Counted from the first letter of the stretch, positions 30,162-38,785 are shown. The stretch is 64,000 nt of DNA from Nitrososphaeria archaeon (GCA_027078545.1 JALWXN010000004.1:320001-384000), one strand, 5' to 3'. Numbers and translations: made by a program. The notes: generated by a model not told the origin, from the sequence alone.

Positions 30162-31342
30162 GCTACTAATCCCTCCTCCAACTCTTCTGAGAGGTATATG
30201 TCTCTAAGGTATCTCCTCCCCGTGTGGAGGTCCCTTGCAGTTATTAGTACCAGGCCTACCTGTTTCAATGCTGCTTCGTATCCCTCTCCGAAGCCTCTTC
30301 CCAGCCTCATTATGAGGCTCTCTATATCGCTGGCGTGGATGGTGGCCATGACCCTTATACCCATGAGCAGGGTCTCGAGCATGTGCTGGATATCGTTGTT
30401 GGTTATGACCTCTCCATATACTACGTAGTCGGGGCTCCTCCTCAGGTTGAATAGGGTCTGTATCCCCCTCTTCTCAGACTCCACTATTCCCGACTGTCTA
30501 TAGTAGATGTGGTGGTAGCCGTGTGGCCTTAGGTCCTCCGTCTCCCTAGCCTCCTCTAGTATGAGTATCCTTAGGTGTCCAGGCATCTCCTTCAGTATGG
30601 CGTTTAGGAGGGTTGTCTTACCGCTGTTGGGCTCACCCATGATGAGTATCGATGGATACCTCCTCAGCTGCTCCAGTATGGTGATCCTCTGCTCATCGTC
30701 CATGAAGCCCCTCTCCACGAGGCCCTCCAGGGTGTTCCCACTCCCCATGTGCCTCCTTATGACGGCGTAGGTCTCTCCATGGGTTAGTGGGAATGTGTCT
30801 AGGACTATTCTGAACCTATCCCTGACTGTTGATATGTCGGCCTCTATCGAGCCTCCCCTCCTTGATACCCCCTCTGCAACTATCAGCTCGAGGATGCGTC
30901 TCAGGGCTGTTAGGCCGTCCTCCCCGATATACATGTTTGTCTTGTAGCTGGTCCCGTCCATCCTCCTAACCCTGATCTCGTTATCGCCCCCGAGAATGTA
31001 GATCTCCTGGTTCTCGGGGTCTGTCATCAGTATGTGGAGGGGTAGGAGGCCTATCGAGTCCCAGAAGGCTATCTCCCCTATCTCCTCATTCGCATCCTCT
31101 GAACCGCTCAGCCTCTCCAGTGCTTCGTGGATATTCCTCCTGAGGATCTCCTCCAGGGTTGGGTATCTACTTAGCCCACTGAATACTGGTAGCTCCCTCG
31201 ATAGTTCCTGTATATGTGTAGACGCCTCGAGGATCTCTGGTGTAAAGCCGTAGTACAGTGTTCCGCCCCTCCTCGTGAGGGCTATGTACCTGGTTATCCT
31301 AGCCTCCCACTCCTCCAGGATAGGTATGGAGCCAAGCCTCAT
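30146..31342 (-). CDS. TadA/CpaF/VirB11-like secretion ATPase
   Basis: DP..QEI.I, IRRH, GEPNSGKTT, LEEARE Asp box, LRRSPDYVVYGEV, TIHA. Confidence 0.88.
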   Translation of the reverse strand: MRLGSIPILEEWEARITRYIALTRRGGTLYYGFTPEILEASTHIQELSRELPVFSGLSRYPTLEEILRRNIHEALERLSGSEDANEEIGEIAFWDSIGLLPLHILMTDPENQEIYILGGDNEIRVRRMDGTSYKTNMYIGEDGLTALRRILELIVAEGVSRRGGSIEADISTVRDRFRIVLDTFPLTHGETYAVIRRHMGSGNTLEGLVERGFMDDEQRITILEQLRRYPSILIMGEPNSGKTTLLNAILKEMPGHLRILILEEARETEDLRPHGYHHIYYRQSGIVESEKRGIQTLFNLRRSPDYVVYGEVITNNDIQHMLETLLMGIRVMATIHASDIESLIMRLGRGFGEGYEAALKQVGLVLITARDLHTGRRYLRDIYLSEELEEGLVAWRQY

Positions 31343-31365
31343 CCCGAGTAGGGATTGGCCCGGAG

Positions 31366-31408
31366 GAGTGGTAATAAATTATTTTCACTCATCACATCCC
31401 AGTTATAA
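31366..31408. promoter_or_regulatory. Divergent promoter with 25-bp imperfect palindrome and two TATA boxes
   Basis: GAGTGGTAATAAATTATTTTCACTC (31366-31390); TTTATTA on minus about 30 nt before ATG 31342; TTATAA 31403-31408 before ATG 31434. Confidence 0.6.
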
Positions 31409-31433
31409 GCTGCTGGAGAGCGGTATTAACGGG

Positions 31434-31559
31434 ATGAATAGGGTTCTGAGGCTGTTTGGAGACACTGCTCTGAAGGCTCTTATGCTTGGACTGGCTATAC
31501 TCGGCTTTCTCCACTTGGTGGGGGTGGTTAGGGATTGGATAGGTATGCTGCGACCCTGA
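31434..31559 (+). CDS. Small single-TM protein (41 aa)
   Basis: MNRVLRLFGDTALKALMLGLAILGFLHLVGVVRDWIGMLRP; TATA upstream. Confidence 0.55.
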   Translation: MNRVLRLFGDTALKALMLGLAILGFLHLVGVVRDWIGMLRP

Positions 31560-31717
31560 TACTCGAGGTTGTATTGCTGGTTGTTCTCTCGGGGATCGCT
31601 CTGTTGATCGGTGGTCGTTTACTGGAGATTCTAGGCGTGGCTGTCTGTAGGCCTGAGGAGGTGGTTGTGGATAGGGGTCTATACCATGTCGTGTATAGGG
31701 TGGGTGTGAGGTGCTAG
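31535..31717 (+). CDS. Small single-TM protein, minor-pilin-like
   Basis: N-terminal hydrophobic helix with an early Glu; two Cys in the short C-terminal part; overlaps neighbours. Confidence 0.55.
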   Translation: MDRYAATLILEVVLLVVLSGIALLIGGRLLEILGVAVCRPEEVVVDRGLYHVVYRVGVRC

Positions 31718-31830
31718 ACGACTTTATAGATACCCTGTTGAGCCTGGCCCTAGCCAGTGTATTTCTCCTGGTCCTCTCCCTAGTTGCCCTTGTCCTCCTC
31801 CTATTCCTGGGGGTGTTGCTTGGTGCTTAG
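31711..31830 (+). CDS. Very hydrophobic 39-aa peptide (not in ORF track)
   Basis: MLDDFIDTLLSLALASVFLLVLSLVALVLLLFLGVLLGA; overlaps upstream and downstream ORFs in operon fashion. Confidence 0.5.
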   Translation: MLDDFIDTLLSLALASVFLLVLSLVALVLLLFLGVLLGA

Positions 31831-32089
31831 TAGGGTCTTGGCCCTTGTCGTGGGTGTCTCGGTACTGGTTATGAGTATTGGGAGTATCGTCCTCCTCCTG
31901 GTGGATTATGTCTCCTTCAGGCCTGTCCTCGACCCTTGTGAGGAGTTGTTGGCTGATGTTGGCCTGGGTAGGGTGGGCGTGGATGGTGTGTGGCGTGAGG
32001 ATGGTCTGATATACGTCTCTACTCAGGGCTCGGTGGTGATCGTCTCTCCTGATGGGAGGGTGGTTGGATGCGGAGGAATGGATACCTAG
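31823..32089 (+). CDS. Small N-terminally anchored secreted protein
   Basis: TM followed by a short beta-rich domain with two Cys; GTG 31823 overlaps the previous stop. Confidence 0.6.
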   Translation: MLSRVLALVVGVSVLVMSIGSIVLLLVDYVSFRPVLDPCEELLADVGLGRVGVDGVWREDGLIYVSTQGSVVIVSPDGRVVGCGGMDT

Positions 32090-32397
32090 GTATCTACCTC
32101 GCAGTATTCATCGTTGTGGCTGTGCTCATGGCGGGTACTATCTTCATACTATATAGTGTGGACCCCACTGCTAGGGGGTATGACGAGTATGCCGTCGATG
32201 TTGTTGGGGTCTATGCGGCTATGGAGTGTCTAGGTATTGATGGGTATAGGCCGCCATACGGTGATGCCGAGTCGTATGTCGAGGATGGCATGATAGTTGT
32301 CGAGGTCAGGGTTGGCCAGTATAGATATGTTGGATATGTGGATCTCCATAGCCCGAACTGTAGGCTTCTTAGGAATTACTCTATGGGTTCGGGCTGA
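32068..32397 (+). CDS. Pilin-like protein with possible class III signal
   Basis: MRRNG|YLGIYLAVFIVVAVLMAG; two Cys; beta-rich C-terminus. Confidence 0.6.
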   Translation: MRRNGYLGIYLAVFIVVAVLMAGTIFILYSVDPTARGYDEYAVDVVGVYAAMECLGIDGYRPPYGDAESYVEDGMIVVEVRVGQYRYVGYVDLHSPNCRLLRNYSMGSG

Positions 32398-32801
32398 TCT
32401 GTAGCTGTGGAGTCTTCAGTCTGCTCCTCCTGTATTATCCCGGTCTTGATGGCTAGGTATCTCTCTAGGGGGTCTAGGATCTCCTCGTTATCCTCGTACT
32501 CCGCCTCCTCGTCCTGTGACCTCGTGAGTAGTTTATGGACCTTTCTATAGCTTACCCTCTTACCCAGCTCCCTGTCCAGCCTCTCGATGAGCTCCTTCAC
32601 CGAGACTATCTCGCCGTTCTTCTTCAGGACTAGGTAGGTCGCCGCTATCAGGACCTCGTATCTGGTTGGGCTGAGGTCTCTCCTATCCAGCTTCACCACA
32701 TATTCCTTGACCTCCCTACCCCACCTCTCAGATACTCCTAGCGCCTTTAGCAGCCTGATTATGGTGTCAAGCCTATTGTCAACAAGGCTGTTCTCTAGCA
32801 C
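32376..32801 (-). CDS. Truncated TFB-like protein (single cyclin repeat plus acidic tail)
   Basis: I.RL..AL.V.E...DL.....E.LIAA.Y......G...SVKEL....VS pattern resembles a TFIIB repeat; no Zn ribbon; in-frame stop upstream. Confidence 0.55.
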   Translation of the reverse strand: MLENSLVDNRLDTIIRLLKALGVSERWGREVKEYVVKLDRRDLSPTRYEVLIAATYLVLKKNGEIVSVKELIERLDRELGKRVSYRKVHKLLTRSQDEEAEYEDNEEILDPLERYLAIKTGIIQEEQTEDSTATDQPEPIE

Positions 32802-33013
32802 CTCTCCCCACCTGTAGCTTTCATTGTTCCAGTGGATGTCTATGGGTGGAGGGTCTAGTCATGGCTTGGCCTGAATACTTTCATCATGGGGGTGGGATAG
32901 ATTATCCCCTCCCCAGGGATGTGTGAAAGTGTTTATCGGGTCTCTGTGGCACCGACCCGTTTAAAATAGCCATGTATATAATTCTTTTTACATTCCTGTT
33001 AGGGTGTCCTCCT

Positions 33014-33442
33014 ATGATGCCTGCTAGCCCGCTTATGAGGGAGCTGGATAAGTTCCTGAATAAGGAGGTTGTGGTTGAGCTTAGGGATGGGCGTAGGCTG
33101 AATGGTTTGTTGAGGGCGATTGATCCTAATACGCTTAATATGGTTCTTGGGAATGTGCGGATTGGTAGGGATGAGTATAGCCTCGTGATTATCGGTGGGG
33201 CTGATGTTAGGGCTGTCTTCCTGAGGGCTGTGAAGTTCGATCTGGCTGAGCTTGCCAGGCGTATTGAGAGGCTCTTCCCGTCCCCCGGTATGGTGGTGTA
33301 TAGGCCTTCGGAGAGGGCTATACTGGTTATGAATAGGGTGAGGGTTACCCAGGAGGGGGTTGAGGGGGATAGGGGTGTTATTTATGAGAAGGTTAAGCAG
33401 GTCTTCGATGAGTATATGAGGGAGATTAGGGAGGGTGGCTAG
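33014..33442 (+). CDS. SmAP3-type Lsm protein with C-terminal domain
   Basis: Sm fold V.V.L.DG....G.L...D...LN.VL plus V...V.V...GVEG C-terminal domain. Confidence 0.88.
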   Translation: MMPASPLMRELDKFLNKEVVVELRDGRRLNGLLRAIDPNTLNMVLGNVRIGRDEYSLVIIGGADVRAVFLRAVKFDLAELARRIERLFPSPGMVVYRPSERAILVMNRVRVTQEGVEGDRGVIYEKVKQVFDEYMREIREGG

Positions 33443-34128
33443 GTGTAGATGTCCTTCCCACTCCCCCCTACAAACTCCTCAAACTGACGCATCATCTCAT
33501 TGAGCTCGTTGGCTGCCTGTCTAAGGGTGTCTATGGGTATCTCGTATCCGAAGAGCTCGTTTATCGCCTTTACTGCGTATGAGGCTGCTATTGGGTCTAT
33601 CATCCCGTCGTCTGAGTATGCCAGTATGCCTAGGGCGGGTATCTTTAGGAACTCGCTGTAGGCCAGTGTAGAGGCTAGTGGGCCGAAGATCTTTACGTAT
33701 TTTGGTGGGGGCCTAGCCGTTATCTTCCTCCTCCAGTATCTATTGGTGACTATGCGGTACTCGTCCTCCTCCCCCTCTCTAAGGTTCTTTGTCAATCCTC
33801 CTATCACGATTATCTCTTCTACCCCCTTCTTCTTCACGTATCTTAAGAGGTTCTTGATGAGTATGTTGCCCCTTGGTCCGCGGGGTAGGTTCTCCACCTT
33901 GAGTATTAGGTCGTCTCCATGTCTATAGAACTCTATTGGGTAGGATATCCTCCCGTCGATGTAGGATATTACTGGTGGTATGTAGGGGGAGTCTACTATG
34001 CCTACTAGCTCGACTCCTTCTAGGCTGTCTATCATGTGTTTGATTGTGTATAGGCCTGTGCCTCCTATACCCATGAATCCTGCGAACAGTCTCTTTCCCT
34101 TGAAGCTCTTCTTTACATATATCTTCAC
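33439..34128 (-). CDS. PAC2-family proteasome assembly chaperone
   Basis: GF.G.G..G, I..P..PP, IIVIGG, GPLA, DP.AA; start GTG 34128. Confidence 0.85.
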   Translation of the reverse strand: MKIYVKKSFKGKRLFAGFMGIGGTGLYTIKHMIDSLEGVELVGIVDSPYIPPVISYIDGRISYPIEFYRHGDDLILKVENLPRGPRGNILIKNLLRYVKKKGVEEIIVIGGLTKNLREGEEDEYRIVTNRYWRRKITARPPPKYVKIFGPLASTLAYSEFLKIPALGILAYSDDGMIDPIAASYAVKAINELFGYEIPIDTLRQAANELNEMMRQFEEFVGGSGKDIYT

Positions 34129-34222
34129 GGCTGTCCACCACGTATTGATATGTAAATAATTATTGCGGGTGGGGCCATAATAATTTGGTGTGTCCGGCGG
34201 ATGACCGTGTGGTGTGGCTGTT

Positions 34223-35473
34223 ATGTCTGTTAAGATAGCTTTTCTGGGGATGCCTAACAAGGTTGGGAGGTCTGCATATCTGATTAAGGGGTCTAGGAAG
34301 GTTTTGCTTGACTATGGGGTGGATCTTGGTAAGACGCCCCAGTTCCCAGACCCTGTAGATGTTTCTAGCCTTGATCTATTCGTGATTTCCCATTCCCATC
34401 TCGATCATATGGGGGCTGCCCCGATGCTCTATGTCTCGGGGGATGTCCCGGCTATAACTACTCCTCCCTCCATCGAGATCAGTGACCTCTTGATCAGGGA
34501 TTTTATGAAGCTTTCCGGCGAGTATCTACTCTTCGAGTATATCGACTTTATTAGTCTGAGGCGTAACGTCCATCTCCTCGGGTATAGGGAGCCGTTTGTC
34601 TTTGATGGGGTGAGTGTCACTCTCTTTGATGCTGGGCATATCCCTGGTAGTGCCCAGGTACTTGTTGAGATGGATGGTAGGCGTATCCTCTATACTGGGG
34701 ATATAAATACGTATGAGACTATGCTCCAGGGCCCTGCCGATATGGATCTGGGTGTGGAGCTCGACGCCGTGATCATGGAGAGTACCTATGGTAATTCTAG
34801 GCATCCGGATAGGGGTGAGATGGAGCGCCGCTTCGTGGAGCAGGCTATCGAGACTATCGAGTCTGGCGGCACAGTCTTGGTCCCTGCCTTCGCTGTCGCT
34901 AGGAGTCAGGAGATCCTATTGATCCTGGATAAGTATGACTTCCCCTATGAGGTCGTGATGGATGGTATGGCTATTGAGGTGACTAAGATCCTCCTCTCCC
35001 AGCCCGGGTATCTGAAGGATCCTGAGAGGCTTAGGAAGGCTTTCAACGCTGTTAGGAAGATCTATCGTTGGCGTGACAGGAAGAGGGTTGTTAATGAGCG
35101 TTGCCTCATAATTGCTCCTGCGGGTATGCTTGGTGGTGGGGCCGCGGTCTTCTACCTAAACAAGTTGATTGATGATCCTAAGAATAGGATCTTCCTGGTT
35201 GGTTACCAGGCTCCTGGTACGCCTGGTAGGAGCTTGTTGGAGGAGGCTGAGTCTGAGGAGGCTAGGGATAGGGCTGACGTGGTGTATATGAGGTTCTCGG
35301 CCCATGCGGATGTTGATGGCCTGTTTAGGTTTGCCTCTAGTGTTGAGGGTGACCCGACGTTCTATATTGTCCATGGTGATGGGGATGCTCGGATGAATAT
35401 TGGTGAGCTTATCTCTGATAGGCTTGGCTATAGGGTTGTCTATCCTGGGCATAGGGAGGAATATATAGTGTAG
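34223..35473 (+). CDS. Beta-CASP metallo-beta-lactamase ribonuclease (aCPSF2-like)
   Basis: SHSHLDH, AGHIPG, YTGD, MESTYG, FSAHAD, VHGD. Confidence 0.92.
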   Translation: MSVKIAFLGMPNKVGRSAYLIKGSRKVLLDYGVDLGKTPQFPDPVDVSSLDLFVISHSHLDHMGAAPMLYVSGDVPAITTPPSIEISDLLIRDFMKLSGEYLLFEYIDFISLRRNVHLLGYREPFVFDGVSVTLFDAGHIPGSAQVLVEMDGRRILYTGDINTYETMLQGPADMDLGVELDAVIMESTYGNSRHPDRGEMERRFVEQAIETIESGGTVLVPAFAVARSQEILLILDKYDFPYEVVMDGMAIEVTKILLSQPGYLKDPERLRKAFNAVRKIYRWRDRKRVVNERCLIIAPAGMLGGGAAVFYLNKLIDDPKNRIFLVGYQAPGTPGRSLLEEAESEEARDRADVVYMRFSAHADVDGLFRFASSVEGDPTFYIVHGDGDARMNIGELISDRLGYRVVYPGHREEYIV

Positions 35474-35501
35474 CCCCTCCATAACCATTATGTGATGCCT
35501 T

Positions 35502-36074
35502 ATGTATAGGTTCTTCCTCTGGGCTGGTGAGGATGTCTACGAGGCTGTCCGTAGCCTGGAGGGGTCTATCGAGGCTGGTATCAAGATGTTTTTCTGGGAT
35601 GATTACTCCGTCTCCTGGGGTAGGCTCCCGACAGAGATTCTGAGGAGGTCCTTCAATGGTGATAGGAGGCAGGTAAATGTGAAGACGTTTGTGGAGGAGT
35701 TTAGACGTGTATATCAGGCTGAGTCTGGACGGGTGGATATGGTGTTTATCGGGCAGGATCTGTATATCGATGGGATGGAGTATATCTTCAGCGCTACCCA
35801 TATGGTGAGTAAGGTTATCGTTATCTCTGTCTTTAGGCTTGGTAGGGGCTTGTCGCTGTCGGTTGATGAGGAGAGGAACCTCTTTGGTGAGCGTGTGTTT
35901 AAGGAGGTTGTCCATGAGCTTGGGCATCTGATTGGGCTTCAGCACTGTATAAATGATACGTGTGTGATGTCTTTCTCGAGTGATGTCTCCCATCTGGATA
36001 GGAAGTATCCCTTCCTCTGCCGCTCCTGTGTGGAGAAGGCTGAGGCTATGGGGTTTAGGATTGGGCCTGCCTAG
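35502..36074 (+). CDS. amzA: Archaemetzincin Zn metalloprotease
   Basis: HELGHLIGLQHC....CVM.FS.....D.K...LC..C. Confidence 0.9.
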   Translation: MYRFFLWAGEDVYEAVRSLEGSIEAGIKMFFWDDYSVSWGRLPTEILRRSFNGDRRQVNVKTFVEEFRRVYQAESGRVDMVFIGQDLYIDGMEYIFSATHMVSKVIVISVFRLGRGLSLSVDEERNLFGERVFKEVVHELGHLIGLQHCINDTCVMSFSSDVSHLDRKYPFLCRSCVEKAEAMGFRIGPA

Positions 36075-36274
36075 TACTCTACTATCTCTGCGTTGGCGTG
36101 TTTGAGTATCTCCTCTACCTCCTCCTCGCTCTGTAGCTTTATTGTGTATAGCCTCCTGGCCGTCCTGGCCTTCACCTTTATGTATTTGGGTGGCCTCCTC
36201 ACCACGATTATCTTCCTTGCATATTTCATCTTCTCTATGAACTCCTGCTTATCCTTTATCTCGTGGGGCATCAT
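36071..36274 (-). CDS. rpl38e: 50S ribosomal protein L38e
   Basis: MP.EI.D..EF, K.KART.R.LYT. Confidence 0.88.
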   Translation of the reverse strand: MMPHEIKDKQEFIEKMKYARKIIVVRRPPKYIKVKARTARRLYTIKLQSEEEVEEILKHANAEIVEY

Positions 36275-36336
36275 TCTCCACCTCCTGGGGGTCTAAATAT
36301 TCATTATGGGTTGTCTATAAATCTAGTGTGGTCGGT

Positions 36337-36873
36337 ATGCTGAGGGTTGACCGTAGGTTTAACCTCCTGGCTACCTGTCCCAGGAACCGTGAGTTCTTCG
36401 CTATTAGGGGTCTCGAGTCTATCCTTATGGATCTTGGTGATGAGTCTCCCACTGCTTGGAAGTCGGGTATTAGTGGTGTTGTTCTCGGCCTTACCGGTCT
36501 GGATCAGTATGAGGTTCCCTATAGGGTCCGGGAGCTTCTCAGGTGGAATCCCTGGGTTGTGAGGGATATTAAGAGGCTTGTCCCCATCGAGTTTGTCGTG
36601 GATACTGATCTTGGGGAGTTCTCGAGGGTTGCTGGTGAGCTGGCTAGGCGTATACCTGGGGATGCGTCTTATAAGGTTGAGCTTAGGAGGAGGTATACCC
36701 AGCTTGGGAGGATGGAGATTATCGATGCCTTTGCATCTGCTATTCCTAGGAGGGTTAGTCTGGAGGAGCCTGACTATATTGTCTGGGTCGAGGTCTTGGG
36801 GCCTAAGACTGGGGTCTCCCTCGTTAGGCCTGATGGTGTCTTGAATGTTGAGAGGGAGGTTACACGGCTTTAG
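36337..36873 (+). CDS. THUMP-domain RNA-binding protein
   Basis: SYKV.L.RR, V.L..PD....VEVLG..TGVS. Confidence 0.87.
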   Translation: MLRVDRRFNLLATCPRNREFFAIRGLESILMDLGDESPTAWKSGISGVVLGLTGLDQYEVPYRVRELLRWNPWVVRDIKRLVPIEFVVDTDLGEFSRVAGELARRIPGDASYKVELRRRYTQLGRMEIIDAFASAIPRRVSLEEPDYIVWVEVLGPKTGVSLVRPDGVLNVEREVTRL

Positions 36874-37240
36874 AGCGTGTCCTCTCTATCTCGGCCCTGA
36901 ATACTGCTAGTTCGGATACTCCCTCCAATCCCTTCCCTGGCTGTACCGTGTCTACACCCTCCCTTGCGAGTACTATGAGTATCTTGTCCTTGCCCGGCTT
37001 TGGGAGTCTGTGTATCTGGCTCTCCCTGTAGTAGAGTGCTAGGAATCTTAGTGTGTCGTCCCTTATCCACGTATCTCTTAGGTGGCTCGTCGTTAGGTAG
37101 TGGTATGCCACTGCCTTTATGTATTCCTCTGTGGCGAGTCTCTCCCTGGGTATCTCGGCTATCAGTATTGGGTCCCGTATCTTGTCTAGGTCCTTCTCCT
37201 CTATGACGTAGATGTTTATGTCTGTGTATTCTAGCTTCAA
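36860..37240 (-). CDS. Hypothetical protein, possibly Cgi121-like (KEOPS)
   Basis: Weak resemblance (L.FL......QI); overlaps the PRTase stop. Confidence 0.4.
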   Translation of the reverse strand: MKLEYTDINIYVIEEKDLDKIRDPILIAEIPRERLATEEYIKAVAYHYLTTSHLRDTWIRDDTLRFLALYYRESQIHRLPKPGKDKILIVLAREGVDTVQPGKGLEGVSELAVFRAEIERTRSKAV

Positions 37241-37797
37241 GTCTCTCTCCCCATTAGGCTTAGCACGAGCCTGAACTCCTCCCTGTCTCGGAACATCTCT
37301 ATGAGTTTCTCGTCCTCCCCCTTCTTACCTAGCTCTTCTAGGATTTCTTTTATCTCCCAGGGGAAGACTATCCATTTGTCTGTCTCTCGGGAGTAGTAGT
37401 CTATCTCGACTTTTCTCCATGGTTTGACGTATAGTGTGGCTATCTCCACCTTTGCGGCTCCCCTCTCGAGTATCATCTGTCTAAGCTCTTTCAATGTCTC
37501 TCCTGTGTCGGCTACGTCGTCGACTATTAGGATGTTTAGGTTCTCTATGTTTCCTATGGGGGTTAGGTCTATTATGGGTTTGTCTAGTGTCTGTCCTGGT
37601 GCTGTGTAGTAGATGCTCCTGATGACTCTGACGTCTTTTATGCCTAGGAAGTCTGATAGGAGTCGGGTTGGTATGAGTCCTCCCCGTGATACTCCTACTA
37701 TGCAGTCGTGTCGCTCACCTTTCTCTAGGATCTTCTTGGCTACGTCTATGGATAGGCGGTAGATGTCTAGTATGGTGGGTGCTTCGTAGCCCGTCAT
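37237..37797 (-). CDS. Purine phosphoribosyltransferase
   Basis: SRGG, ILIVDDVADTGETL, WIVFPWE. Confidence 0.9.
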   Translation of the reverse strand: MTGYEAPTILDIYRLSIDVAKKILEKGERHDCIVGVSRGGLIPTRLLSDFLGIKDVRVIRSIYYTAPGQTLDKPIIDLTPIGNIENLNILIVDDVADTGETLKELRQMILERGAAKVEIATLYVKPWRKVEIDYYSRETDKWIVFPWEIKEILEELGKKGEDEKLIEMFRDREEFRLVLSLMGRET

Positions 37798-37833
37798 ACT
37801 AGTTATTTCCCCGGCTTCTTTTCATAAAGCCTG

Positions 37834-38103
37834 TTATCCCCCGTTTACTAGGTGTACTACCTTCAGCTTGTCCGCATATTCGGGTTTTATCTCTTCGTCG
37901 CCTCCCAGACGCCTACCATTTACAACCAACACCAACTGCCGCCTCAACTCATCGATCTTCTCTTTGTCTCCTCCTCGTTTCTCGACGTATTTCTTTGCTA
38001 CTTCGGTTAGTATTTTCTCTGGTGTTGGGTTTTGTATGTCTAGTTCTAGTTGTGGGCCTGTTATGTAGCGTATGGGGCCTACGATTTTTAGTCGGATCTT
38101 CAT
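37834..38103 (-). CDS. MoaD/ThiS/SAMP-type ubiquitin-like protein
   Basis: Beta-grasp size, LVVNG, D.L......GG C-terminus. Confidence 0.85.
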   Translation of the reverse strand: MKIRLKIVGPIRYITGPQLELDIQNPTPEKILTEVAKKYVEKRGGDKEKIDELRRQLVLVVNGRRLGGDEEIKPEYADKLKVVHLVNGG

Positions 38104-38134
38104 CGTCTCTATATGGTTTTTTGGTTGTGTGTGG

Positions 38135-38785
38135 TTATATGGGGTTGATAATATTTTTGATGTGTTTCTCTGCTTTTCTGGGTTCGAGTAGTGTGTCTAG
38201 GGGTATGTTTATCTCTGGTGGGTTGATGTTGTGGATGTGTCTGGTGTATTTTGGTGGGTATAGGTAGTTCTTCCTGTGTCTCTGGAGTACTTCTTCCTTG
38301 GTTGGTGGTGGGTATTGTAGGTATGTGTATCCGTTTGGTGCTTGGGGTGTGTGGGTGTAGGCTATTAGTCTGTCTAGGTTGTTCATGTCTATTCTCCGTA
38401 CTGCTTCTGGTGGGTCTTCGGGCTTGATTATTGTTAGTGTTGTCTCTCTTGTCTTGATGATTGGTCTGTTGGTTATTATGGCTTGGGTTGTCTCTACTCC
38501 TCTGGTGTCTATTGATCTGTATATTCTGTACCATGGTGCTATTGTGATGTCTTCGGCTAGGTAGTCTATCTCTATTACTGGTACAGCTTCTGCGCCTATT
38601 GTTCTGAGTATGTGGTATCTGTGGGTTCCGTCTATTATCATTCCTGTCTCCCGGTCTATTAGGATTGGTTTCTTGAGGTGTCTGTCGTGTAGGACTGTTT
38701 TTAGGAGTTTTGTTAGGTGTCTCGGGTTGTGTTCTTCGTGGGGCCTGATTTCTTTTATGTGTCTTATCTCCACTTTTCTGTGCAT
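38135..38785 (-). CDS. ParB/Srx-fold protein, SerK-like serine kinase
   Basis: PHEE, KPILID, IIDGTHR, IDY...I..WY, PPKYTRH...L..LL resemble SerK/SbnI motifs. Confidence 0.72.
   Translation of the reverse strand: MHRKVEIRHIKEIRPHEEHNPRHLTKLLKTVLHDRHLKKPILIDRETGMIIDGTHRYHILRTIGAEAVPVIEIDYLAEDITIAPWYRIYRSIDTRGVETTQAIITNRPIIKTRETTLTIIKPEDPPEAVRRIDMNNLDRLIAYTHTPQAPNGYTYLQYPPPTKEEVLQRHRKNYLYPPKYTRHIHNINPPEINIPLDTLLEPRKAEKHIKNIINPI

Noticed and set aside
32860-32915. Hairpin (32888-32914) and ATGATGA on minus as a third C/D sRNA
   Set aside because: No properly spaced D/D' boxes
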